Shown: piece by piece, positions 35,914 to 48,117 of the stretch
Position numbering within the stretch: the first letter of the stretch is position 1
Layout: every line of letters starts with the position of its first letter
Source: Lama guanicoe
Taxonomy: Eukaryota
Reading direction: 5' to 3'
NCBI GenBank assembly: GCA_013239625.1
Contig: MU054400.1
Coordinates: 4,465,802 to 4,529,801 of the forward strand
Length of the DNA stretch: 64,000 nt
Translations under genes and position numbers: made by a program
Notes under the pieces: model-generated
Told to the model about the DNA's origin: nothing
What the model saw: the letters and a program-made list of their open reading frames with translations, nothing else
Databases searched by the model: none

Positions 35914-38721
35914 CAGGGTAGAAGCAAAGAGAAGGAAGTGAGGACGTCATCCAAATATCACTCATTTTGTAGTTCTGACTTTGAAAACATGTAAATGTTC
36001 TAAACAAGTGTAAAATTAAATCCAGTTGAAAAAAAAATTCTTAAAAAGCAAAAGCAAAAATGAAACAAAGGAATCCAAGTGCTTATCAAGTTGGGGGCTT
36101 AACAGTAAGGAGAATTATTTCAAGTGAAATGAAACAGTGATTTAACTGTACATCCCTTGGTGGTCCTCAGCTGTAGGCCAAAAAAAAAACTGCAAAAGAA
36201 ATCTTAAACTGTTTTCAGCAATCATATTGTTAGAATTAGTATTAGTATTATTTTGAAATTACGTGTTATGAAAGTACACATAAATTACATATATACACAC
36301 CTACAGTTTACCACCCACGCTAAAGTCCAATGCTCTCCCACCCCCAAATGCACCGTCTTGAGAACTTGCGACGTAAAACCTGTCACCTCGTTCGCTTTTA
36401 ACTCCTTTATGCTCAGCCTTTCCCACTTGTGTGACCGGCTGATCCCAATTTGCCCAAGACCTTCCTGGTTTTGTCAGGAAGCCTAGGACAGAGGGTCACC
36501 TTCCCCCCACTGGAAGGTCTAGTCACTCCTGTGTTCTTCAGCTTCAGAGAAGGGCCTGACATGTAGCAGGAGCCCAAGAAACATGTGTGGAATGAGGAAA
36601 GAGGGAATTCATATTTTCCTCTTAAAATGTTCAAATAGGTCATTCTATCCAATCACAAGAGATTCATGAGTCCTCCCATTTCTAATCTACAAAGCAGAGA
36701 GAATAAAAGCAGAAATGTGTCTGAGTTTTTTTTGAGCTAGAAGGAGCTTTGCTGAAAGGATGACCCCAAGATACTCCTCTCACCCTCCAAGGGGGGAAAT
36801 TAAAGACCCCGAACTAAGAGGTCATCGCCAAAGTAACCAGCTGATCTATAACAGAGATAAGATCTCTCAGGGTATGATTTATCTGAAAGTTTTACATGAA
36901 CTATAAAGCAGTATTTTGATGTAAGGTGTTTACATTATTCTTTAGTCAGAAGTCTATGATTATTTTATCTCAGCAAGAATCCAGAATGGACTAGGCTTAT
37001 ATAAAAGGAACTAATAATTTATTTAGACCTCCTATGTTGTCTTGAACTAAAAACATTACCCCCCAGCCAAGTGCCTGATCAATTCAGATTGCTTAAATAC
37101 ATTACATATTTTCCTTTCCTTTTTAATAAACTCAGCTTTCCCACTCAGACAATTTTGCCATTTGTAACAGGTGAGACCAAAGAAAAAGTAGTATCTACGG
37201 GTAAAATCATCTATGGACAAAATCACCGGACACCCACAAGCAGTGAGGTCTCCATGGAAATATACTGATTGCTAAGAAGAACCAGAAAAAGAAAACAAAA
37301 AGGGCTACACCTCCATTGTGAGTCTTCCCAGTCTTATTACAGGGACCCTGTGAGCTCAACCAGGTAGACAGCAGACCTGGCACATACAGAGCATCTCAAA
37401 TGAACACCTGGAAGGAAGTTTATTCTATTCATTCTGAGACCCAAATTCCATACATGCAGATTTAAAAAAAAAAAAGTTACCTTGGAACAAATTTCAACCT
37501 GCTATGAAGGAGACCGCTCATTTTCCATCATCCTAGTCACCTCGAGGATTTATTTAGAAAGCTCGCAATTTGCAAAGGAATTTCAGACACTTTCTTCTTT
37601 GAACTCAATAGTAACTCTCAGAACCATTATTCTGGTTAGACACAAAAATCTCTGTCATTTGTCAAAAGCATGCTTTGCATGTGTTTTGGGGCTGGAACTA
37701 AATGTGAGTAAGAGCTCAGTGAAGTAGGCTGACTTTCCCAAGTTTATGCAGCTCTGATGTTAGTGGAACTTGAATTTGGATCTCTTCATATAATTCTCTT
37801 TCTACGAGCCTGCCTATCTGGAGGCATGTGTGGAGTACACGCATAAATAAAATGCCCAGATGTGTATTTTATTTCCCAGTTTTCTATTGTCAGTGCTGCT
37901 TTGGGGAAGAAGAGAGAAGAAAAGGAGGAGGAGACCCTCAGACCAATGTATACTTTTTTTGCAAAATGCACACCCAATGTAAATTACACAGTAAAGTTAG
38001 CTGAGGGGCATAATTTGTTACACAAATAAACAAACACTATTTGGTTCCGTCTGTGGCCACTGCAGTTATAATGAAAATCTAAAAACAACTGTAAGGCTTC
38101 TAACCATAAAATTATAAGGCAAGAAAGTGGATTTCGATAACCGTAAGAGCCTTAATTGTATGTTTGTAAACTCACAGACAAAGCTTTTACTCAAATTTAG
38201 TTCCAGCTCAAATAGCACATCCGAAGCACAATTATTTTGCCCTTTCTTCCGCCATATGAGTCGAAGACCCCAAGCATTAGAAAGGTCCATCCTTCCAAAA
38301 GAGTATGCTGGGCGGGGGGAGGGTGGGAGAGGAAGGGAGGGAGAAATGCAGCTTCATGTGGCAGAGGTAGCCAGAGAGACAGGGTTTCTTAAAGATGGGG
38401 TGTCCTGGGTACACCTTGCTTGTGTCTGTTCACTTTCACCTGATCAGAGAATTCTGGCAGAATTCCAGAGTGTCAGAACCACGAGGAGCCAGAGGTCCAA
38501 TATCCCCACACAGAGGCTCGGAGAGGCCAGATCATTTCCAAGGGGTTATATATACAGAAAGTTAGAACTCCAGTTCCCAGAACCCCAGGCCCAGCTTGCT
38601 TGTCTTTCTCCAAGTCTGGCCGCGCCTGGTGACTATGGCGGCATCCATTTCCTGTGACCAGAGTCAGGAGATGTTTGGCCAAGTGGCAAGTTGTGGTGAG
38701 CCTGCCCTTCTCTCTCTCTCA

Positions 38722-39350
38722 TTTTTTTTTTCTTAATTTAAGTATAGTCAGTCACAATGTGTCAATTTCTGGTATACAGCATAATGTCCCAGTGACACAT
38801 ATATATACATATATTCATTCTCATATTCTGTTTCATTAAAGGTTATTATAAGATATTGAATATGGTTCCCTGTACTATACAGAAGAAAGTTGTATATCTA
38901 TTTTGTATATAGTAGTTTGATTTTAAAATCAGTTAATCTCTCTCGCTCTCTGTCCCTTTTATATATAGTGGTTAACATTTGCAAATCTCAAACTCCCAAA
39001 TTTATCCCTTCCTACCCCCTTTCCCTAGTAACCATAAGATTGTTTAATGTATTTGTGAGTCTGTTTCTTTTGTAGATGAGTTCATTAGTGTCCTCTTCTT
39101 TCTTTTTTTAGGTTCCACATATGAGTGATATCATATGGTTATTCTTCTTTCTCTTTCTGGCTTACTTACTTAGAATGACCATCTCCAGGTCCATCCATGT
39201 TGCTGCAAATGGCATTATTTTATTATTTTTTGTGGCTGAGTAGTATTCCATTGTGTAAATGTACCACAACTTCCTTATCCAGTCGTCTGTCGATGAACAT
39301 TATGTTGGTTCCATGTCCTGGCTGTTGTAAATAGTGCTGCTATGAATGTT
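38722..39350 (-). mobile_element. Lineage-specific L1 3' end (ORF2 end plus 3' UTR)
   Basis: T-tail; ccaggtccatccatgttgctgcaaatggcattatttt; gtaaatagtgctgctatgaa. Confidence 0.93.
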
Positions 39351-41984
39351 GCTGCTGCTCTAATCACTTCCTCTCCACTAATGCCAGCAGCAGGGTGTGC
39401 AGAGAACAGCCCTCCACACTTGCTCCTCCCTCCAGCCCGCAGCCAGGACCTGAGGAAGCAGCAGGGACAAGACAAAGGTTCTGCCCTAGGAGAACTGGGG
39501 ACTGAGGACTGTAAACAGATGAAAAAACATCAGAGAGTGCCAGGCAAGCCATGGCTGGGGCTGCAGAGACACTAAAGCTGGGAGGAGGAGGGGACAGTGG
39601 GCAGGGCTGCTGTATTAGGTGAGAGGAAATCTCTCAGCTCCTTAGAGGTGACATCAGAGCAAAGACTTGAATGACAAAAAGGGAATGTACCAACATCTGG
39701 GGAAGAACAGTGCAGAGGGAGGAAACAGCAAGACTGCAAGGCGAGCAGTGTCCTCAACAAAGATTCGCACATCCCTGTGAATTCACTAAAAACCACAGAA
39801 CTGCACAATCTCAGTGGATAAACGATACGGCATGTGACTTACAGCTCAACAAGGCTGTTAAAAAGTGAAAAATAACTTGTCAACAATGGATAGAGTCACT
39901 TGGGGTTTTTCGGGCGCATGTTTTCATAAGCCCTGTCCACACTCCTTTAGGGCAACATAAGGGAAATCACGTGACAAGATGATCTGGATCCTTCTCCTTA
40001 CCCCTTTCCCTCTCCTTTTTGTTGCCCTGCTCACCACGGCCTTCCTAAGGGACTGGGTTAATCAGTGAGTTCCCAGTAAGGCCAACACAGCTGCTGGTGG
40101 CACTGCTGTCCCCCACCCCCCCGACCACCACAAGTATTTAAACAAAAGCCTTTCATGTCTTAACCCAACTGTCACCATTTTTGGCCAGAAGGCCTGAATC
40201 TGGAGGAGAGCAGGACACAATTAAAAGTTGGAACTGTTAAATAACCCTTCTGTGGGTTTTTCAATTTCAACTCCTAGAAGCCCACATGCCACAATTAAGA
40301 GGTGTGGCCTACAGGTTGGGATTTTTAAGCACCCCAGTAGGCCAACAGGACAGCAATGTTTGATTCAAGGCAACCTGTCTGTTATCTTGAACCAAACCAT
40401 ATAGATAACAGTCTGCTTTTTTTTTTCAGGCACTTGTGTGCCAAACGAGCAAGAAACAAGCAAAAGAGAAATTCTTAAAGAATTTTTCCTTTACTATTTA
40501 TCCAAATTTCCCATGTTCTGAGTCAGTCTACAGAAATTGTCAAATATGTTCAGAAGACCTAAACATATTAGAGGGATAATGAAGACAGATGTTGAAAACT
40601 ACACAAAATAAAAAAGGAGTTGGCCATCTTTTTAAAGACTCGCTTTGAGACAGTAGCGCTTGGTTCCAAACAGTGTCCATGAGACCCAACCTTCTGGGAA
40701 ACCGTTCACCAAAGATCCCCAAGAACCACGCCGATGGAGGACAGAGAAGTTGGCATCTATGTTGACTCAAACAAAGCAACACTGGTATCTCTTCACTTTT
40801 TAGATAGCGTATCTCTGCGATGTGATGACCACAGAGTGAATTTTCTCTTCCCTTAGTCTGTAGGCCAGTTTCAAGTTGTTGAAACCCGGGTTGCTGAAGG
40901 GACAAGCAAATTACTGCAATGCAAGAAAAAACAAATGGCCTCAAGCACGTGCAGCTCAGCTCACATAAAATATGGAGGTGGCCGAGGTCAGCGAGCCTCT
41001 GGGGGAACGCTGAGGGGTGAGCTAACCACAGAAAAACGCAGGCCCCAGGTTGAGGCGCCTATAAAACTAACGGAAACAAAAAAGCACAGGTTTTTCTGGA
41101 CATACGGGAAGAGTCCCCATCAGACAACTCGTGTCCATCAGGACTCACACTGGCTGTGGCGGTTTCCTGACAGCTGCTGTGAATGGATTGTCACCTTGTT
41201 TCTTTGCTTACAAACCAAATCGGGAAGGAAGGGAATTAACATGTCAAAAAGCAGACATGAGATTTTAGCAGGAAAAAATATCCTGGCTGTGGTCCTTCAA
41301 ACAACTTGGCTGCAAGCACTGGTCTTCTTTTGGCGCTCTTGTTGTTTTCGTTGTTTAAATCATAGCTTCTCCTGCATGAATTGAGAAAACAAATGACTGA
41401 CTGAAACTTCTGTTCCAACGTTTTGTTAGCCTGATCAATGGGTGAGAGGCAAAACTACTTGGCTAAATTTTCTTTGGACTAGATCATGCCAAGTCGTGAC
41501 CAATGGAGGAACAACGGTTAAGATCTAGCCGAACGGAGGCGTCAGACAAGGCTTTGTCTTTGGCTGTGCCCCCATCTCCTTGCAGGGGAAAGAAATTAGA
41601 ATCAAGTTTGAACCAAGATGTCTAACTTGTACTGTATAAAGACAAAGTCAAGATAACAGAAACTGTCACAAAAGAATAGGTACACAAAGTGTCCAAAAAA
41701 AGCACTCCTAATAGATTTTTTTTAACCTTTCTCTTTTTCACTACAAGGCTCCCATCACTCTCCTTCATAATGCTATCTGAATATTTCAGCTGCAAAAACT
41801 GTATTTGGTTCTTGTCAACCCGTTTCCTTTGTTTCCGTTAGAAGCACGATCAAAAGCGGATTTATTTCGTTGGGAACTCACCCTGAGAACCTACCTTCCT
41901 CCCAGATGTTGCACCCTGAAAATGATGTTAACTTGGAGAACTCTTTTGGAGGTCCTATCAGACCTGTGCTTCTCAACCTGTAAC

Positions 41985-42133
41985 TAGGGTGATCAGATAA
42001 TGTAATGTCTAAACCAAGATACTTGAAGAGCACACGTGCACACGCACACACACAAAGGTGCTATACATAATTACTCCTGAACAAGAAGCATAAACTGGGA
42101 CAGAACGAGAAAACTGGATATATGGTCATCCCG
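41985..42133. mobile_element. hAT-Blackjack MITE (MER94-like)
   Basis: TIRs tagggtgatca / tggtcatcccg; internal gctatacataattac...cataaactgggac. Confidence 0.75.
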
Positions 42134-42935
42134 TGTTTAACCCGTGTCCATGTAATATTTTCTCTCTCTTTTTTTCTGTTTATTCTTGACCCCATCAGGC
42201 TCAGAGCTCCCCTAGCCCCTCAAACTCGGAGAATCTAGCCTCTCTTGCGTGCAGTTTATATTGTGAAAAATAATTACATTGACTATATTTTTCACCTGTA
42301 AACACCAGTCAAGAGATCCCAATATTTCTCCCACGAGGGTATCTGCGTCCCCGCCGAGTGGGTTCAAATGAAAATCACTACACTTTGAAATCTGTGCCGG
42401 GTACTTGCCGGTTCCCCAGCTCCAGCCGGTCAGTGTGCTGCCATAGGAGGCCAGGCGGTGCCTCTGTACCGATGAACAAGAGGTGCTCAGAATAAAAAGT
42501 CACTTTATAGCTAGGAGTTTAAGGGTGGCTTCATTCCAAATGGTGGGGGCTAGGGGGTGGGATCTCAGTGGAGTCCAGGAAAGTGGAAAACATTTGAAAG
42601 GTTTCAGTGAGCTCACTGTTGATGACTGACCATTGGGCAAATCCAGCTGCCAATGTCCTGGGCCTGGTGATTAAGTCAGCTATAGTGAGTCTAACGGAAC
42701 TACAATCAAGGAGATTACAAATGTCCTACACGATGCGGGAGACAACTGCACTCCAGTTACGTGGTGGTTTGGGGAAACCTGGGCTTTGAACGGGCAAGCA
42801 TGAAAAAGCCAGAACAGGAATATTTTTTCACACTGCTGCCTTGAGAAAAACAAAGGTAGAAACCCACCATGTCTTTGTGACTGGTCTTGTCCAAAAGGTC
42901 ACTGATGAGCCAGGAAGCTAGGAGAGTGTTCCGTG

Positions 42936-43027
42936 TTTTTTTTTCCTTCCTTCCTTAAGGGAGGCACTGAGAAGGACCTCACGCATGCCGAGCATGCGCT
43001 CTACCACTAAGCTAGTCCCCCAACCCC
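42936..43027 (-). mobile_element. tRNA-Ala-derived SINE lacking the B-box
   Basis: Reverse complement ggggactagcttagtggtagagcgcatgctcggcatgcgtgaggtcct|tctcagtgcctcc plus A-tail. Confidence 0.85.
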
Positions 43028-44492
43028 TGAGGCTGTTCAGTTTTGTTATTGTTGTGCCTGGGGTGGAACTGTCCTAGTCAGAGTTGCCTTTGGCAAAGGA
43101 AGAAAAATGCCTTGTACATCGATATGCTCTAACAGCTTAATGACAGGTTTAATATTATTAATAATAATAATAATGCATAGCCCTTCAACAAGAAACACCA
43201 AGGTTGTTGCTCTTCATTTACCCAAAAGGAATCAGCAGGTGATGGAGAGTGTTTGGTGGCCCATAGGACATGGGCTGGGAGCTCTGGGTCACTGAGTTGG
43301 GGATACCAGAAGAAATCTTCTGAACAGTTTTTCGGCCAGCCGTTCATCTTTAACCACATTTTGCCAAAGAGGTGATCAATCTAAATTTGAGCAGGTCTGT
43401 TCTACACTCAGCATCTCTCAGGGTTCTGTTGGACAGCTGGGGCTGGTAAAAATTTTTACTCACTTGATTGTGTGAATTATTTATGATGGTCAGGGAAGAA
43501 GAAAGAGAGAGGAAAAGAGAGGTAAGACACTTGGGCCTTCAGGGAGTCCCGGAATTTTGAGAGATGATAGATGGTCATGTAAGAAAAATGTTTTCAATCC
43601 TTAAAATAATCACTAAGGCCCCACGGGAAGCTTAAAAGTGCTCTTGACCTGCATTTGGGAAATCTCAATGAAAAACCGCCCTCCAATTTCTCAGGTGTTG
43701 GAAAGGGAGGGAAGCCGAACTCCTGGGAGCTTCTCCGCTGCCCGTGCTTACTGAAGCTTCTGCAATTTACAAGACAAGATCCAGTTTGGCTAATATCGTC
43801 TATGTATTTGGAAGGAGTGGGGAGCAGTATCGTGGTTTGTTCTTTCATCTCAAGCTAGCAAATGGACAAGAATGTGTCATTTCCACTAACCAGGCATCTT
43901 CAACCCCCTCCATTCCTGTCTCATGAGTGAAGTCGGGAAGGAGGACACTTCCTCACCGCATCCTGCAGTCACCACAGCCCGATGCTTCAACTCCATTGCT
44001 CGCCCTCAACAACCAGTCTACACAGGGTAAAATCAGCAAGAGACTCGGGACGATGTGATTCTTTGTCCCCAAAGGGCCACATTAATAACCTTTTGAAGGG
44101 CAATTCACATTTCTACTCTCTGGGAGGATTTTTTTTTAACCACTCAAGGCTTGCGGTCTGTTTGAGCCAGGAATCGTTTTATGCTCCTGAAGAATGCATT
44201 CCTGGCCAACTGTTTCTACACAACTTCCAGGACGTGAAAACCACCCAAGGCCCCCAACATGGCTGCTTTCTGTCCTCTCATAAACAAACCCAGCAGTAGT
44301 CATGCCAGTGTGGTCACGCCGGAGCCCTGTATTGCTTAAGGTTTTGCCTTCAGTCTTTCGTCCTGCCAGACACTGATTATGACATTTCACCCCACGTCTG
44401 TACAACAGGAAGGCTCTCCTCTGCTGGCCTCTTGCCTGCAGCCTTCCTTTGTCTGCCATAAATAAATGTCAGCGTGATGGATCCAAGCTCGG

Positions 44493-44952
44493 TGGATGAT
44501 AAACTCAATACTGGCCCCCAAGATAGCAGGTCCTAATCCATGGAACCTGTAAATGTCACCTTACCTGGAAAAAGGGTCTTTGCAGGTGTGGTTAACTTAA
44601 GGATCATATGGGGAGATTATCCTGGATTATCTGGGTGGGCCCTAAATGCAAGCACATGTGTCCTTATAAGAGGGAGGTGCAGGGAAATATGACACAGACA
44701 GAGGGAATGTGACCACGGAGACAGAGACAGGAGTGATGCGGCCACAAGCCAGGGGACCCTGGCGGCCCCAGAAGCTGGAAGAGGCAGGGAAAAGATTCAC
44801 CCCTAGGGCCTTCGGAGAGAGCAGTGCCTTGTTAACACTTTGGTTTCAGTTCAGTGAGACTGATTTCAGACTGCTGGCCTCCAGAACTGTGAGAGAATAA
44901 ACTGCTGTTTTAAACCATTGGCGATGTTAAAGCCATCCCTGGAAACTACTCC
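44493..44952 (+). mobile_element. MaLR solo LTR (MLT1D-like)
   Basis: gagattatcctggattatctgggtgggccctaaatgc; gcctccagaactgtgagagaataaa. Confidence 0.88.
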
Positions 44953-46509
44953 GTGCAGTTACCTGGGTCCGGCCTTCAGCCCCTTGGCAGCTTCCCACGG
45001 TCACTGCTGGGAAGCCACGTGCATCTCAGCTACACGACCTTCTGTGACTTTCCAAGGAAGGTCTGACTTTTTTTTCCTCCTGAACTGACCCGGGGAACTC
45101 AGTATCTCTGTGTCATCCCGACCTCTTGAGAATCAACAGGAGGAAGCAAAAGCCCCAAAGAGATATTCAAACATGAATTTCCAAGCTCAACTGTGAGCTC
45201 CTGAGGAGGCTCCCCCAGCCCCCACCCCTCCTGCCCCCCATGCCCCCACCCCACCCACTTCTCCCCTCATCTACTGAAGAGTCCCACGAAATGTCTTCCA
45301 AGCCACTTGATGGTCATAATGATTAGAGTTTCGCTGTGCGAATTTGGTTACTTTCCTTTTCCCAGCTTCAATTTGTTCATCTGAAAATGAAGATCATAAA
45401 ACATCTATCTCATTTCAAAGAGAAAAGAACTTTCCTTACAGTAGGATATATCTGAAATTTATCAAAAAAGTGTTTTCCCAGGATAAATACTACCATGTAA
45501 TTTTTTCTTCAGTGCCTGTGGCCTTGACTAATCGGATGGATTCAGAAACACTAGGATATTTCTCCTAGAACAATGTCTTAAAAATTATAAAAAAGGGACT
45601 CCTCTAAGAGATATAACATAACAGAACTTTATTATAACCAGCTCTAGAAGCATTATTTCAGATTAGGTTATACCATGATCCCCAAAGGGCTTTTCCACTC
45701 AGCCATGAAAACTATGTTCTAGATTAAACTTCAAACAATAAGATTCAATTATAGAAAAAAATTGTTTTTGTAAATCTTAAATTAAAGAAAAAAGTCTTAT
45801 TGAGTTTGAAATCTTATGGAAACCAAGGAGAAAAGAAGAATTCTTTTTTTCTTTTTGGATTTTGCATTCCATGCCATTCTATAAATGGTAAAAGCTTTGT
45901 AATGCTATTTCATGGCCTTAAACATGCTTCAGAGCTTCAGGGCATCTAAAAAATATCATGAATACAAGCCAGGTTGAAAAAAAAGTAGCAATTTCTGGAG
46001 TCTAAATTAAACTGGTTGCTCTCCAAGAATGTTTTGCATTAGGAGATGCCGGGGCGGGGGGACCATTAATCACTTTCCGCAGGTATTTGGAATCTCCTAC
46101 ACACCCAGGGATGAAAAGTGCTTTGGAAACAGGCTGCATGACCTCAGAAAGCAGAGCTGTAACTCAGTCCTTCCCAGGAGGACAGAATGATGGGGCGGGG
46201 GCTCTGGGCCCAGGGTGACATGGCCCAGGTACAAGAGTGGGGTGCCTGCTAACCCCCTGACAGCTCCTCTCTGGGCTGCCGCTTTGTTGCCTGTAAAATG
46301 AGAGAGTTGAATGAGTGATCTTGGAAGTTCCTTCAGGATCCCATACTGCATGCTTGCATGAAGGCCAAGAAAAACTGGGGGAACCCAGGGATTGCTTTAC
46401 AGGGACAGAACATAAGGACAAGCACTCAAAGGGCTGGTAAGGTGACTGGCTCCACTCCAGGCATGACCAAGACTCCAAAACACGGGGGTCATGCTGCACT
46501 TTGGGAGGA

Positions 46510-47480
46510 AAATTTCACCTCCTCAGAGAGGCCATCCCTGAAAACTCAGTAGACTGGTGATAGCAGTGTTACCTGCCAACAGCGTGTGCTCTCTGCCAGA
46601 TGCCCCTTGATCAGTTTCTTTCATTGCATTTATTGCCACTGAAACGTAACGTTCCCCTTAATCTATGCGTTTGCTTATTATCTGCCCTCACCCACTCACC
46701 AATGATTTCTAACCAAACAGAGCCATCTCTTTCCCTCTCACCGGGGTCCTAGGTCCCGGCCCTCCCTGTCTGGACCACAATAAACGTTGTATGCATGAAT
46801 GACTAGATGGATCCACTCTGGCCTTCTGAGCGTCTGTTCTCCACAGGAAACAGGCGTGATCTTCTCAAAATGCAAATGTAATCTTGGCATTTCCCAGCAC
46901 AGTCAGTGGCTCTAAAGCCAGAGGCTAAATCTCTCATCCTGTCCTGTAACTGGCTTGTCCCTCATGTTGCTGCTGCTCCAGTCTCCCTCTCGCACTCAGA
47001 AACCCAGTCTCTCTGGCCTAAAAAGTTTGTTTCTTCTCACACACTGTACTCATTCCTCCATCTGGCCTTTGCCCATCACTCCCTCTGTCAGATAGGGAAC
47101 ACACTGCACCAAAAGCAGACTCCACTGGCTCCCAGCCGCCGCCCAGCGACCTCTCTCTCACCTTCCAGATCCTAGCTCACGGGGCTCTTCCTGGAGAGGA
47201 AGGCTGCCCTGACACAGATGCAAGCAGCCACCCTGGGCTAGATGAGCCCTCCTGTTACCTGCCCTGGAAAGACCCTCCCCTCTGTCAGTGAGCTCATCTC
47301 GGTCTGCAGGTGTTCACTTATGCATATGGTGACTTACTTAATATTTGCCACCCTAACTTCCTTGTGAGATCTGAGCAAGCAGAGGCCAGTCTGTGGTTTT
47401 GCTTCCCCTGGAGTTCTCAGAACCTAGCACAGTGCCTGATGCATACTAGCCATCATTATTTGTAGAATGAATGAATGAGC
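46510..47480 (+). mobile_element. LINE-2 3' fragments
   Basis: cctagcacagtgcctg...ttgtagaatgaatgaatga tail; gatcttctcaaaatgcaaat. Confidence 0.65.
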
Positions 47481-47594
47481 TCATGGAAGACCAACACTTT
47501 TATATTTGGACAAATATTCTAAGAAATTGTTTTTAAAACCCAGCTGTCACAGGTAATGAGGGAAGACTTTCTTTTAAAACCTATCTCCTCAAAC

Positions 47595-48117
47595 TGTAGT
47601 AGGGAAGAACACATCTGGCTTCATATGAGATCTGTTCCTTTGGCTCTAACCCTGGGCTCTGTTTCTAGTGCTCCGTCATGCCAATTCTGCACCTTTTGTA
47701 AAAGAATGCTGCCTAGAGCCTGAAATAGACGGGAGAGCCCATTCTCAAAGCTCTGACCTTTAAGGGTGTAACTCTTTCCCATTCATACAGAGATAAAAAG
47801 TTGCAGAAGGGAGAATAACATTTGTCTTGTTGGAGGTTTACAGGGACACATGACCTGACCTATGTGGACAGTGGCAAGAACAGAGAATTACTACACCAAG
47901 AAGTCTGCAACAACCAACCACACCCTCTCCCCTTTTTAGTATAAAAGTAGCCTGAATTCTGACGTGGGGAAGACGGTTCTCCACGACATTAGTCTGCCAT
48001 CTTCTCGGTCAGCTGGCTTTCTGAATAAAGTCATTATTCCTTGCCCCAGCACCTCATCTCCCGATTTATTAGCCTGTCGTGCAGCGAGCAGACAGAGCGA
48101 GTTTGGACTCGGTAACC
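47595..48117 (+). mobile_element. ERV1-class solo LTR (MER41-like), different subfamily from 17829-18326
   Basis: Starts tgtagtaggg, TATAAAA 47940-47946, AATAAA 48024-48029, ends ttggactcggtaac. Confidence 0.85.

Noticed and set aside
40540..41384. Divergent 134-aa and 149-aa ORFs
   Set aside because: No recognisable protein similarity or exon structure.
17829..48117. A single provirus bounded by the two LTRs
   Set aside because: 30 kb apart, dissimilar U3 regions, no shared TSD and no retroviral internal sequence.
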